From the NCBI RefSeq assembly GCF_006345805.1, contig NW_021835996.1:434001-498000 (forward strand): a stretch of DNA of 64,000 bases. Direction: 5' to 3'. Shown in pieces: positions 1-12,041 of this stretch. The number at the start of each line of letters is the position of its first letter. Position 1 is the stretch's first letter. The stretch is from Octopus sinensis (taxonomy: Eukaryota). Under the pieces are notes generated by a model that did not search any database, was not told the origin of the DNA, and saw nothing but the letters and a program-made list of their open reading frames with translations. Position numbers and translations under genes: made by a program.

Positions 1-668
1 ATGACCGACTTCGAGACCGAGAACCTTTGATAGTCCAAACGAACAGAACTTTAGTCAGCACTTTATTTTCTCGCCCAATTGCATCGCACTCATTCCTAAG
101 TCCCACAACTTTCCCCTCCGCCTTTTTCAACTTTTCAGAGAGTATTAACATGTCCATTTGCAACTGTATAGTTAGAGGAAGACATAGCTACTTGAGGTTT
201 GTATTCCGCACTAATGCTTTCGCTGTGCTGAGTTAGCATGTCCTTTTCAAGTTGTTTGACTTTGCTAGCCAGTTGTGAACTCCGAGTCTTCTCACTGTGC
301 AGTTGAGACGTTAGACTCCGGACGGTTTTTGATAACTCCAGAATTTTTGAGGCAGCAGCGTCTTTTTCCAAAAGGCCTATATTTCATGGGAGAGGATTTG
401 CCATTTCCGGTGAAAAGGTCCTTTTCCTCTGCGTGTCTAATCTTGTTTTTTTGGATCTCAAAAGTGAGGTCGTCAATGTTTTTGAGTAATCTGCTTTTCT
501 CGTTTGTTAGTTGCTATATCAATGAAATAACTGAATCCAACCCTGATCTGCTCGTTCAGATGAATCACAAGACCATTCGATTCTGCATTTATCTCCTTTC
601 AGGAAGTTAGAATATTTTACTTTCAATAGCATATCTTCTTCCACTCCATACACGTTTTCCTTAGGCAT
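1..668 (-). CDS. CCDC13: CCDC13-like coiled-coil centriolar-satellite/ciliary protein, 5' part (runs off the window start)
   Basis: Hand-spliced minus strand reads MPKENVYG...LNEQIRQLTNEKSRLL...FTGNGLLEKDAAASKILELSKTVRSL...LRNECDAIGRENKVLTKVLGLEVG. This resembles CCDC13 segments (..TKIVELSKKNR.., ..KVLAREVG). Five introns of 25-28 nt, one of them GC-AG. Confidence 0.7.
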
Positions 669-1374
669 TGTTACTTAGATACTATTCACTTTTAACCAAT
701 ATTAGTTTATCATACACTTATGTCTATTTAAAAAAAAATGTCGAAAATAATATTTTTTATGATCTAACTCGAGAGAAGCTCTTTTAAACTGGCATAGTGT
801 AAATCATTGTTCTAACCCAGTCGGCACACGAACTTTTTACTTCTTTTAACAATTTCCTGACCTGTCCAAAACTAGCAGCTGTCGTTTACTGCGAAGAGCT
901 GATCCATTTTTTGAAAAATAGTTTATTCTCTTCAGTTTGTCTTTGCATTCAACTACACAGTTAAGCCAGCGTCATTGGCAACGAATGCAAAGTCATATCC
1001 TCACTCAGCATTAAAGTTTTAATTTTCTACTCACGTTTTTGAGATCTTTCCGTTTTTCCAGTGTTAAAAGTTCCCTAGAGTTGTTACAGTATTTTTCTTA
1101 CTAATTCAGTAATACCGTACTTTCTTTATTGGATAGTTTGTAATGTGAGACCCGTTTTGTGTCGATCGATCTGGAAAAGGTGTCATTTGGGAAGTTTGGC
1201 TGAGACGGTACATCTGGTAAAAGATAACGAAAATGTCCAAATGAGAGCTCAAGTGGAACAAAAATCTACCATAGTGCAAACGCAAAGATGGTGGTGTTAA
1301 ATGGATATTTAACATCTTTATTAAAAAAAACTGATTAACTAAGTAATTTTCGAACTAAGTCCAGAGGCTTCGAA

Positions 1375-1521
1375 GTGAGCAGAAAATGGCACTCCACGCA
1401 CCTCCTCCCATTTTTCCTCCTCCTCTCTGGCACTGTAGAACTCCGAGAAGGTGCAGTCCAGCATCTCTGGGAGTCTAAATGTCAGAAAGAGGCTAGATCG
1501 GCAAGCATCAAACTAGACACT
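1375..1521 (+). mobile_element. Short fragment of a CRE-like retrotransposon
   Basis: GC-richer patch encoding HLWESKCQKEARSASIKLD, which resembles the post-RT region of the CRE copies at 4846 and 38353. It is cut off at the TIR at 1522. Confidence 0.35.
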
Positions 1522-1622
1522 CTCTATACCTTTCCAAGTTTAATATGGGAATTTCTAAATTCAATATGGGATTTCCAAGTTCAAAGTGGGATTTTCCAAA
1601 TTCAATATGGGATTTCCAAGTT
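1522..1622. repeat. Left TIR made of ~2.5 copies of a 41-bp unit (20/21-bp subunits)
   Basis: CTCTATACCTTTCCAAGTT followed by repeats of CAATATGGGATTTCCAAGTTCAAAGTGGGATTTTCCAAATT. Confidence 0.85.
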
Positions 1623-1675
1623 AATTTTAAAATATTTGAAAAAAAATCATGACTCATTTATATCAAACGAAAAAA

Positions 1676-2394
1676 TTAAAATGTTACGTCCTTGTAATTT
1701 AATAAAGAAGGCAATAGTCCTTGGATTCTGGCTATTAACTTAGCACAAATCTTTGGAGTAACTTCGTCCATAGATTGTTTAATTAAATCCTCAAATCTCT
1801 GTTTCCGAAATTCTGTTTTTGACAAGTCAGGTTCATTTCCATCTAAGATATTTCCAAGATTTTCAGCCATTTTTCTTTTTACAAAAGCTTTCATTTTAGA
1901 CCATATTTGTTCGATTGGATTTAACATTGGACTGTAAGGTGCAAGTCGAAGTATTTTGTTTTCTGTGAATTCATTTTCTTCAAGTATTTTTTCAATGTCT
2001 GTATGACATGGAGCATTGTCAATTATTAAAACTACTGGACTTAGATAAACTTCATATGCTTTTTTAAAGCATGCTTTAATCCAATCATACGCAGTTTGTT
2101 TATTAAAGGATCCTCTTCGTATTTCAAAGTGTATTACTCCTTTTGTACCGATACAACCGATAACATGAATGTAAGCACCTTTAGATGAAGCTGCACGTGT
2201 ATTACATCGCTGCCCCTTTTTCGACCTCCCTTGTTTCCTTGATATGTGTAAATTAAAGTTGGATTCGTCCATAAAAAGAATCGGAATTTCTATTGCTTGA
2301 TAACCAAGCAGCTTTTCACAAAATCTTTTGCGCTTCTCTTTGTTCTGCATTGAGTTGCTTTTTCAGGTTCGAATCTTATGTTTTTTATGGTATA
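1676..2394 (-). pseudogene. IS630/Tc1-family DDE transposase, C-terminal part (DD35E)
   Basis: Motifs FMDESNFN, IIDNAPCH and LAPYSPMLNPIEQIW, with 35 residues between the second D and the E. YTIKNIRFEPE lies upstream across a 1-nt frameshift. Confidence 0.9.
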
Positions 2395-3077
2395 CTAGCT
2401 CGGCAGCTCGCTTCGCTCACCGCGACCTAGCTCCTGCGGAGGGCCTGTTTCATCAAACAACTATAAGTTTATGTAGATGTATAAAACTACCTGGTTTAAT
2501 GTAACCCTATTCTATCGCCTGTTGATAAACGATGTTTGTCGTCCGTCCTTCCTTGGCATATATGAATAAATTTTCTCTTCTGCCTACCCTCGAGCATCCC
2601 ACATACAGCTGTCCATGTGAAAAGCACTCACTCTCTAAAAATAACCCAACTACCTTTAATGACTGTCCCTGGGCCTTGTTTATTGTCATTGCAAACTTTT
2701 TTTTTCATTTTTTGTGGTTTATTTTTTTTTATATTTAATTTTTTCATTTTTCCTTTGTAATTTCCTTTTTTTTTTTTTTTATTTTTTTGTTTTTTACTGG
2801 CGGAAATGGGGCAGGGGGAGAAGCGGCAGGCGGAAATTCGGCAGGCAAGAAAGCGACACACAAAAAAGCGACACACAAAAAAGATTTAATTAATTACCTT
2901 ATTAAGCTGACCGTTTTTTCTTCAGCTTCGTTTTTCCTCCTTCGGTTATCTATTTAAAAAATTATTTTTGAATAATAAAAAAGTTTAGGAAAAGAGGCAT
3001 ACCGAAAATAAATTCTATCTTTACGAAAAACTCAAGTAAATAGTTAATATTTTTACGCAAATTCTTCTGATTGCGCT

Positions 3078-3285
3078 GTCAATTGGTGGTAAATTGTGTT
3101 AATGGTTGTGCTAATGTGGTTTCAACTATCAAAGTGTTTTTCAAAATCTGTTAATTGCACACTCTATTCAAGGTCGTGCGTCAATTGGTGGTAAATTGTG
3201 TTAATGATTGTGCTAATGTGGTTTCAACTATCAAAGTGGTTTTTCAAAATCTGTTAATTGCACACTTTATTCAAAGTCGTGCAAT
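3078..3285. repeat. Two-copy ~102-bp tandem duplication inside the Helitron
   Basis: GTCAATTGGTGGTAAATTGTGTTAATG... occurs at 3078 and at 3180. Confidence 0.9.
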
Positions 3286-3490
3286 CTGTGATTGCACATT
3301 CTGTCAAAGTCAAATATGATAATAGCTTTAATTTTGATTCATGGTCGATAATGATATATGCATTTAATTTTAAAGAGAAAAACATAGGATGAATTGAATT
3401 TCTTTATCGCGAATAATTGGGAGTTCATCATTGTTAATATTCTCGCTGTCGTTTTCATCAAGGATATTCTTAATACGTGAGATTTTTGCC

Positions 3491-4470
3491 TTGAAGGTTT
3501 TAATGGACCTCATCATGAATGTCGAGGACATTCGCGTTGTTCATTTTAATCAAAATGCAGAAAATAATTTTTTGATTTTTTGGGGGAAGGTTTTAAGGAC
3601 TTCATCATGTAAGTCGAGGACATTGTAGTTGTTCATTTTAACCAAAATGCAGAAAATTTTTTTTAATTTTTTTGGGGGGAAGGTTTTAAGGACTTCATCA
3701 TGTAAGTCGAGGACATTGTAGTTGTTCATTTTAACCAAAATGCAGAAAATTTTTTTTTAATTTTTTTGGGGGGGAAGGTTTTAAGGACTTCATCATGTAA
3801 GTCGAGGACATTGTAGTTGTTCATTTTAACCAAAATGCAGAAAATTTTTTTTAATTTTTTTGGGGGGGAAGGTTTTAAGGACTTCATCATGTAAGTCGAG
3901 GACATTGTAGTTGTTCATTTTAACCAAAATGCAGAAAATTTTTTTTAATTTTTTTGGGGGGAAGGTTTTAAGGACTTCATCATGTAAGTCGAGGACATTG
4001 TAGTTGTTCATTTTAACCAAAATGCAGAAAATTTTTTTTTAATTTTTTTGGGGGGGAAGGTTTTAAGGACTTCATCATGTAAGTCGAGGACATTGTAGTT
4101 GTTCATTTTAACCAAAATGCAGAAAATTTTTTTTTTAATTTTTTTGGGGGGAAGGTTTTAAGGACTTCATCATGTAAGTCGAGGACATTGTAGTTGTTCA
4201 TTTTAACCAAAATGCAGAAAATTTTTTTTTAATTTTTTTGGGGGGAAGGTTTTAAGGACTTCATCATGTAAGTCGAGGACATTGTAGTTGTTCATTTTAA
4301 CCAAAATGCAGAAAATTTTTTTTTAATTTTTTTGGGGGGGAAGGTTTTAAGGACTTCATCATGTAAGTCGAGGACATTGTAGTTGTTCATTTTAACCAAA
4401 ATGCAGAAAATTTTTTTTTAATTTTTTTGGGGGGGAAGGTTTTAAGGACCTCATCATGTAAGTCGAGGAC
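3491..4470. repeat. Minisatellite inside the Helitron: ~10.5 copies of a 92-95-bp unit
   Basis: GTTGTTCATT starts at 3536, 3628, 3721, 3816, 3910, 4003, 4098, 4193, 4287 and 4382. The inner units differ essentially only in T and G run lengths. Confidence 0.95.
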
Positions 4471-4552
4471 ATCGTATTGCCAATTTGAAGTTGGTGTGCA
4501 CACACAGACAGACAGACAGACAGACACACACCATACCATTTTATTATTAAGA

Positions 4553-4782
4553 CATAAGCGAATCAAGATGCAGGCGAACGCACTCACCTGACACTTTTAT
4601 TCCGTACTTATCTTGGATCTCTGCAGCCAATTGTTTGCAAGTAATTCTTTTATCCACCTGTACGCAGTTGTTCTTTTTATTCCGAGAGAACATGGAACTT
4701 GATTCCAATCCCCATCATTTTCGTAAACGGTCAACAAATTTTTTCTTTTTTCAGCTAATTCTTTCTTTTTATTAACGTACAT
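4553..4782 (-). pseudogene. IS630/Tc1 transposase, N-terminal HTH part
   Basis: Reads MYVNKKKELAEKRK...GIKRTTAYRWIK then RITCKQLAAEIQDKYGIKVSGECVRLHLDSLM. It joins in frame to YTIKNIRFEPE at 2394 when the Helitron is removed. Confidence 0.8.
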
Positions 4783-4822
4783 TTTGTAATTTAAGACGAT
4801 TTTAAAATAATAAATGAATCAA

Positions 4823-6147
4823 ATCTTACGATCCTCGGTGCCCCCATGGGGCCTTCTGCCCTCGAATGCTCACTCGCTGGAAAAATTTCCCACTTATCCA
4901 AAATGATCGAGAAGCTTAAAGTCATCGAGCCTCATGTGGCTCTTTTCCTTCTCCGAAACCACTTTTCCGTCCTTAAGATCCTTTACACCCTAAGATGTGC
5001 ACCCTGCTTTCAAAGAGGCGACCTTCTTTCCGACCTTGACAATATCCTCAGGCTCGGTACGAGCTCTCTTTGCAATCTGGCTTTCGACGATCCAGGCTGG
5101 ACTCAGGCATCCCTGCCTGTGCGCTGGGGCGGCCTTGGTTTGAGATCCTATTCCAATCTTACCCTCCCCGCATTCCTATCCGTCCATCACGCTTCTCGTA
5201 CTCTCTCAGACATCGTTCTTAGAAACCTCCCCGAACGGAAATTGTCTGAGGTTTACTCTGCTGCCCGTGGTCGGTGGGAGGCTCGGTTTGGTTCGAAGCT
5301 GCCCAATTCTCAATCTGTACAGCGTCAATGGGACGAAATCTCTTGTCAGGCAATTTTCGAAGGCCTCCTTCCTGTCTCCAATCAACACCGTGTCGCTTGC
5401 CTCCGTGCAGGTCGCTGCGAAGGCAGCGGTGTCTGGTTAAAGGCTCTCCCTCTCCCTTCCATCGGGAACCTGGTGGACAAGGAATGCCTAAGAATTGCAA
5501 TCTCCCTCCGTGTCGGGCTGAAAATCTGCCAGACGCACAAATGCCGTTGTGGGGGAACTGTTGACGAGTACGGTTTACACCCCCTCGCTTGCCGTCGGAG
5601 TGCTGGCCGTGTCTCCCGTCACAGTGAACTCAACTCGATCATACAGAGAGCCCTCGCTTCAGCTGGCATCCCGTCAATCCTTGAACCTGTTGGATTGGAT
5701 AGAGGGGATGGCAAACGCCCAGACGGCATGTCCACCTTCCTATACGAGCAGGGGAAATCCCTTATTTGGGATTCTACCTGTTCGGACACGTTCTCGCTGG
5801 GAAATCTCGCTCTGTCCGCCGCCAATTCTGGGCACGCTTCGAGGCAGGCCGAGGAGCGAAAGATTCTAAAGTACGGCCACCTCTCCAACTCGCTGTTCTT
5901 TACTCCAATTGCTGTGGAGTCCTCCGGGATCTTCGGCCCCAAGACACTCCGCTTCCTTCGCTCGCTCGGTCGACGGATTTCAAGGACTAGCCACGATCCA
6001 AGAGAGTATTCTTGGCTCCTGGAACGTCTGTTGATTGCTGTGATCCAAGGGAACGGCTTCGCCATTCGCGAGGCTGGCCGGGTGTCTCGTGAGGCCTTTA
6101 ATTAGCTTAGCTATCTTTTTACTTTTTGCCAATAATATAAACTTCAA
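4823..6147 (+). mobile_element. 5'-truncated CRE-clade non-LTR retrotransposon (post-RT region, zinc knuckle, RLE endonuclease) with ~14-bp TSD
   Basis: Open 419-aa ORF with CRCG..D.YG.H.LAC..R..RH and LEPVGLDRGDGKRPDG..WDSTC.DT...EERKILKY. TSD-like AATAAATGAAT(T)CAA at 4809-4822 and 6148-6162. Confidence 0.9.
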
Positions 6148-6171
6148 AATAAATGAATTCAATAACCGACT

Positions 6172-6366
6172 TGAAAATCCTTGAACTTGGAAATCCCATA
6201 TTGAATTTGGAAAATCCTACTTTGAACTTGGAAATCCCATATTGAATTTGGAAAATCCTACTTTGAACTTGGAAATCCCATATTGAATTTGGAAAATCCC
6301 ACTTTGAACTTGAAAATCCCATATTGAATTTGGAAAATCCCACTTTGAACTTGGAAAGGTATAGAG
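6172..6366. repeat. Right TIR made of ~4.5 copies of the same 41-bp unit, inverted
   Basis: Repeats of GAACTTGGAAATCCCATATTGAATTTGGAAAATCCTACTTT ending in GGAAAGGTATAGAG. Confidence 0.85.
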
Positions 6367-6405
6367 TCCTCTTAAAAACAGTTGAATACATATAAGTTTG
6401 TAGAG

Positions 6406-7000
6406 CAGTGCTTCCTGAGTGGAGTGCCTGAAATTTTTTAGGGGGTGCCTGGAACGATTTTAAAAATCATGATTACTTTTACAAATATTTAAATGATTTA
6501 TAAATAAAATATATAGCAAGAAAATTTAAGTACATTTATATTTTTTTAAATATATTTTTGAAAACTCGTGGTTTTTATGTCAACGTGTGACAAAATTCAA
6601 AAATGGAATGAAGACTATGTTAACTATGGTTTTAAGAAAATAATCATTGATGGAATCGATCGACCCCAGTGCATCCTTTATGATACAATCTTTTCTAACT
6701 CTAATTTGAAACCATCGAAGCTGAACAAGCATTTTTTGGTTATGCACGGGGGAATAAAACGTTCAGGAAATGATTTCGAATGTTTGAATGCTAAAAGGAC
6801 CAGATACGATATTAAAGGAACGCTTCCGAAGTATGGATTTATTTCCATTGACAAACCGTTACTTTTAGCATTATTCCAAGTAGCATATGAAGTTACAAAA
6901 TACTATTCCCGAGACTCTTATTAAACCGTGTGCATTGGAAATTGTGAAAACAGTTCTGGGCCCAACTACGGTGGATGTCCTGTTGTCAAGGAGCTTCTTA
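6406..7000 (+). mobile_element. hAT (Buster/Charlie) transposon, 5' remnant
   Basis: Begins CAGTGCTTCC. The ORF reads KWNEDYVNYGF...RPQCIL...NLKPSKLNKHF (BED-like) and later LIKPCALEIVKTVLG. No right end was found. Confidence 0.75.
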
Positions 7001-7267
7001 AAAAGAGATTACCTCGGAAAACTAGAGATCAGTCTACTAAACTGAAATTTGATACGTCTTCCGCAATGAAAATACAAGACAAAAAGATCAAAATAGAACA
7101 AAATACCTGGAAAGGATGAAACTTTAGTAAAAGTATAAAATTAGTGGACGCTGAGGTTCAGACCGACGATATCTATGAATACATGTAAAACACTTTGAAA
7201 ACTGCGACACCCATTATATTTACGCAAAAACCAAAATTAAAGTTGGAACAAAATCGTTGAAGAAAAT

Positions 7268-10200
7268 TTGTGCGAACTAATTACATTGAAAATACCAACA
7301 TCCCTTGGATGGATATCTGTAGGAGCTATGTACTCCATATCAATGAAGAATTATCTAAATCTTATAGAAGAATTTTTTCAAAACAGTGATAGAGGAATTC
7401 TAATAGGAGACCAAAACACACATCGTACGGTTGTGCTAATACAAATTCAGACGGTCATATATTCCTCCGATTATCGAAAAACTGCGGCTTTAGTGTTTTG
7501 ACCTCACGAGAACCAAACCATTTCTCTTGTTATGGGGAGGATTGTATTGGAGTTTTCCTCGTATCGGCTGATCTTGTTCATCAATGCAGCATACCACCAA
7601 TTGAGATAAACATTGGTAGTGATCACCTACCTCAATCTTTATGTATGCGAACATCATCTACGACAGTGATTCTCAACCGTGGTGCATGTGCACCATTTTT
7701 GGTACATGGAAAATACTCGAATGGTGCATGGAAAAAAAATTGGTACATGGTATTATTTTTTTACTATCAGTAATTAGTACATTACGATGGTTAACCATTA
7801 TCATTTGATATCTATAAATACTCGTGTCAATCACATGTCTGCTGGTAATTCATGTACGCCTCGGATTTATCGTAAAGAATATCTGAAATATTGATTTATC
7901 CCTTCCAATGGAGACAAATCTAGGCCTTTTTGCATAATCTGCAAAATTTCTTTGGCCGATAGTTCAATGAAATTATCAAGATTAATAAACCATTTGAGGA
8001 CTAGACATCCAAATCTAGTCGGATCTTCGCTTGAATATTTTCAAAATATAAAAAAAAATTGATGAACCTACAACTCTTCAAAAGTTAATCACTCATCATG
8101 CTCTTGCGCGAAAAAGTATTCCTTTTAACCTATTTCATAGATGGGTTACTTGCATCCTACAAAATTGCCCATATTGTTGCTAAAAATAATGCTACCCATG
8201 ATTTGGGAACAAATAATTAAAATTTTATTATGTTTTCCAACAACATATCTGTGGAATCAGGATTTAGCGTAATAAACAGAATATTGAACAATGAACGTAA
8301 CAAGCTTGATATTTGCTCGCGAGGAGATGTCAGATTATTTTTAACAGGCTTGGACCCTGATATTCAGGAACTAATTAAAATGCATGAAAACCAAGGCTCT
8401 CATTAAATAGTTAAAAAAAGATTTTAAGTCAATAAAATTAATTAAAAAATTAAATAAGTCTTTGTTTCTTTGGTACACGAAATAAGATGGTTTGGTACAC
8501 TGACGTTTTTTTTGGTACACCAAAAAAAAAGGTTGAGAATCACTGATCTACGATATGCTAAGATCTTTTCATCGGATATGATACGTCTCGGACAATCTGG
8601 TCTGACTTCGAGATGTCAATAAAAATGCATTTGATACCGTATCCAATAGAAAACATCTCCTCGAATATACAAATTGAAAAAATTGATAAAATTCTCAGAG
8701 AAGCTATACTGGATTTTCTTCAAAAATCTTCGGTCAGAAAATACATCATGTCAAATAGTAACAGAAAAACCCTGATAGACGAATCTTTGAGAAAACTTAT
8801 AAAATAAAAGGGAAACCTTGAAAAGAAGCTAAAACGTGCAATGACTCCATAGATCGCATTCGTCTTCGGGATAAGATTCGTATCGTGAAAACAGAGATAA
8901 ATGATGTAGCAAAAAAACATTCAGACTTTGCTTGGAACAGTCAATGCTCGAAACTGAATAAGAAAAATTTTTTGAAGGTTTTCAATAGACTAAGTAATAT
9001 GAAGAATAAAGGAGAAGAGATCCGACTAAAAACAACTAAAGAAATAGCTATTCCGCTCGATGAAGTTCCCTCACATTTGCGAAGACAACTGGCAAAAGTT
9101 CAAGAGGTGGATCCGATCGACATGGTTCCGAAAGAATCTACATGTGAGGCACAGAGAAGTCTGCGAGCTAACTTGAATTATACGGGACCACTGTGCAGAG
9201 GTATAACGTTGGAAGAAACGTATGCCGCTATTATGAGCTGCAAGAACAATGCACCCGACCATGACTACATTCCAATTACTGTATTCAAACATGCTCCAAT
9301 TATTCTCCTAAGATACTTGACCGCACTATACAATGCAAGCTGGAGACTTGGATACGTACCGGACTCTTGGAAAAAGTCAATCGCACGTATGATTCCAAAG
9401 CCTAGCAGAGAACTATCGGCCAATAAGCCTAATATGCTCCGTCTCTAAAATTATAGAACGGATTGTCTTTGCAAGGCTTTCGAACTTCGTAGAGGAATCA
9501 GGTGCACTTACAGCGGAGCAGTGAGGATTCCGACGAAAAAGATCCTGCGGAGATTGCTTCGGAGAAGAAGAAAAAGCATTTTGCTTAGTCTTGCAAACAA
9601 TATAGCTTTTGACAGCGTATGGCACCTGGGCCTCTTAGAAAGTGTCGCCAGAATCAAACCCGGGTCTAGAACGGTCAATTGGCTGAAGAGCTACCTATCC
9701 ATGAGGAGGTCATACATACGATGCGGAAACCGTTTGTCGGGATCTGTCGATCTCAAAAGAGGGGTACCTCAAAGCTCGGTCTTGAGCCCTCTGCTTTTTA
9801 ATATCTACGTTGCTGATATTCCAAAACCGAAAGATCTTACCAGTCGTCTCATGATCTACGCGGACGACATACTACATACTAATGGAGAAAAGACATTTTG
9901 TGGAGGAAATTAAAAGGATACGTGACAAGTGTGGTGCAGATCAAAAGGACTGACACTCGCAAAAGAAAACTGCACCGCCACTTGGATTGCAAAACAGGGA
10001 GTTAAACGAAAACCGCCGAGAAACCTCCATGGGTTTACAGTAACGGAGAATCTGAAATACCTTGGGGTTGAAGTTAAATCCAAGGGTTCTTACTTCAGAT
10101 ACATCGATTCGAGAAGAAGGAAATGCGTTCAAATTCTCAGGAGCATAATTCACTTCCACCTTTGTCCGGAAACTTTTTATATGTTTATAAAACGTGCGTC

Positions 10201-10460
10201 GAACCATTGCTTACCTACGGGTTCGAGGAATGGTACCCTACTGCTGAGAGGGATGGCATTATCGCTAAGCTCGAAAAGACGAGACGATATGCTATCAAAT
10301 TGGCAAATGGACTCCAGCTGGACCAACCCATCCCTCAAGAGATGGAAGACGCGACGGAAACGATTGGAAGTGTTCTTAAGAGTCTTTTCCTTTCGAATCT
10401 TGAACATAAAAAAGATGGAAACAACGGAGAAGAGGCATACGTTGTCTCATTAACTTTCTC
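7268..10460 (+). mobile_element. Decayed APE-RT LINE (I/Jockey-like)
   Basis: Endonuclease remnants (LIGDQNTH, GSDHLP) and RT remnants (WKKSIARMIPKP, AFDSVWH, GVPQSSVLSPLLFNIYVAD, IYADD), with many frameshifts. Interrupted by the hAT at 7664. Confidence 0.8.
7664..8545 (+). mobile_element. Internally deleted hAT (Buster) element with perfect TIRs and 8-bp TSD
   Basis: 15-bp TIR CAGTGATTCTCAACC / GGTTGAGAATCACTG. TSD ATCTACGA at 7656-7663 and 8546-8553. Residual BED-finger and C-terminal dimerisation (ESGFSVIN) coding pieces. Confidence 0.95.
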
Positions 10461-10499
10461 TCTCTTTTTTCGGCTTTTCCGTTTTAATAAAAAAATTCA

Positions 10500-10960
10500 T
10501 TCAATTCAACCCAGTCTTCCCGGGTCGTGCAATCAACCCCTTCTGCAATGGCAAGAACCCTGAATTCCCTACCAAACTGGAACATGTTGGGCTTGATCGT
10601 GAAGACGGAAAAAGCCCAGATGGAGTCACCGTTTTTCCATGGATTCTACAGACACGGACAGATTTCCGGGAATGAATATAGTCAACTCGGCAAACAGTCC
10701 AGGGTCAGCCGCTAAAAAGGCTAAAGATCTTAAAATCTTGAAATACTCTAACCTGTCGGACAACGTGATCTTTTCCCCAATCTCCGTATAAACATCCGGA
10801 GCCATGACCAACAAATCTCTGGAACTCGTTGGGAGAATCAGACAATTGATCTCAAAAAGACGACGAAAGCCTCGGGAGAAGCAATGGCTGGTCCAAAGAA
10901 TCTCCATTGCGATTCTGAAAGGCAACATCTTCACGATCATTAGTAGTTTTAGATCTAACT
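10500..10960 (+). mobile_element. 3' fragment of a CRE-like retrotransposon (RLE domain)
   Basis: Encodes KLEHVGLDREDGKSPDGVTVFPW and EKQWLVQRISIAILKGN. Confidence 0.85.
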
Positions 10961-11039
10961 TAATTTTTTTAATGTAATTTCGGTATATAAAAAAAATTAT
11001 ATCAACTAAAATATAAAAAACGGAAATAACGGAACTGAT

Positions 11040-11460
11040 TAGAAGAAAAGACAGGACCGGGGAACCATGGAAAAAACTAAGAAATTAGGTTTCTCAGTGA
11101 CCCTAAAATATTACAAGAAGGAGAACACCTACTTACTCCGCACTATACAAACTGAGGAAGACCTGGCTTGTCTGCAGGAAACTTGACGTGAGAACTAGAG
11201 TTTGTCTTTACGATGACTGGTGGACTTTATACCTCCCTAAAACTCGTGAACCTGGATAGTAAAAAAGGAATACATAAGGTGAACTATTTCCACAGAGATC
11301 AGCTATCACTAATCCTATTTTCACGAGATCAATCCAAAAGGCCTTCCGGAATTCTCTACAAGAGAACAAGAATCACTCCAATCTTAAAGGAGATTCTGGA
11401 GGCAGATAGAGCCTGTTTGGTCACATTCATAGAATAGACATGGATTCCCCCGAACGAGGC
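11040..11460 (+). mobile_element. 3' fragment of an RTE-like retrotransposon
   Basis: Remnants such as LNYFHR.QL and CLFGHIHRID resemble the RTE copy at 23549. Confidence 0.6.
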
Positions 11461-12041
11461 CCGCTTCCGGAATAGCTAATCTCATGTTAAAGTGACTTAA
11501 ATCTGAATAAATAAACAAATAGGTAGGTAGGGTTTATTGTAAAAAAAACAAGGAAAGTGTTAGATAATTAATAAGATGAAACATTTACCAGATAGCTGTT
11601 GATGACAACCAGACTTTTTTAAAATACAACCTGTAAGTCACCGGGAAGACGTAAGTTCATCATTGCGCTGAATATTTGATCTCCTCACCTGGGTCATTTA
11701 CAGACATGTATTTCTGGATCTCTTATTCCATTGTAGGGATCTCATGATCAGCAATATGATCATTGAGACTAAGTCTAAATACTAATTAAAGAGTGAAACG
11801 GCGAGTATACTCAAACTTTAAGACGATATTCTGGAACTGTATCAGACTTCTAGTCCAAATAGAGGACGTGGGAAGATAACTGATTTATATATAAAGGTTT
11901 TCAGGAGGCAGAGTGGTTTTTCATTAAAAAATGATTCATGATACGGTAGAGCGAAAAATGTGCGTATCCGTTACGGTAATAGATATCTAATATAAATCAG
12001 ATTTCCGCAATGCATCTTGGATAGGATTAAAGTGTGACATA

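Larger units (their letters stand above)
2395..4552 (-). mobile_element. Non-autonomous Helitron retaining the Pif1-like helicase C-terminus
   Basis: 5' TC at 4552, with (TCTG)5 nearby. 3' hairpin GCGGTGAGC-GAA-GCGAGCTGC followed by CTAG ending at 2395. ORF 2507-2689 reads TINKAQGQSL..GL.L...CFSHGQLYVGCSRV. No TSD, and the host ORF rejoins in frame. Confidence 0.9.
1522..6366 (-). mobile_element. IS630/Tc1-mariner DNA transposon (~1.35 kb when reconstructed) with tandem-repeat TIRs, carrying nested Helitron and CRE insertions
   Basis: 1522-1622 is the reverse complement of 6266-6366 (about 6 mismatches in 101 bp). The split transposase lies between these repeats, roughly 50 bp from the inner end of each once the nested inserts are removed. 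Confidence 0.8.

Noticed and set aside
780-1320. Possible gene upstream of CCDC13
   Set aside because: No consistent spliced frame. Plus-strand pieces (FVSIDLEK, IYHSANAKMVVLNG) look like a decayed RT.
3491-4470. Regular repeats as a CRISPR array, or the ORFs MVKMNNYNVLDL as genes
   Set aside because: The units are contiguous with no unique spacers and there are no cas genes; the short ORFs are by-products of the minisatellite.
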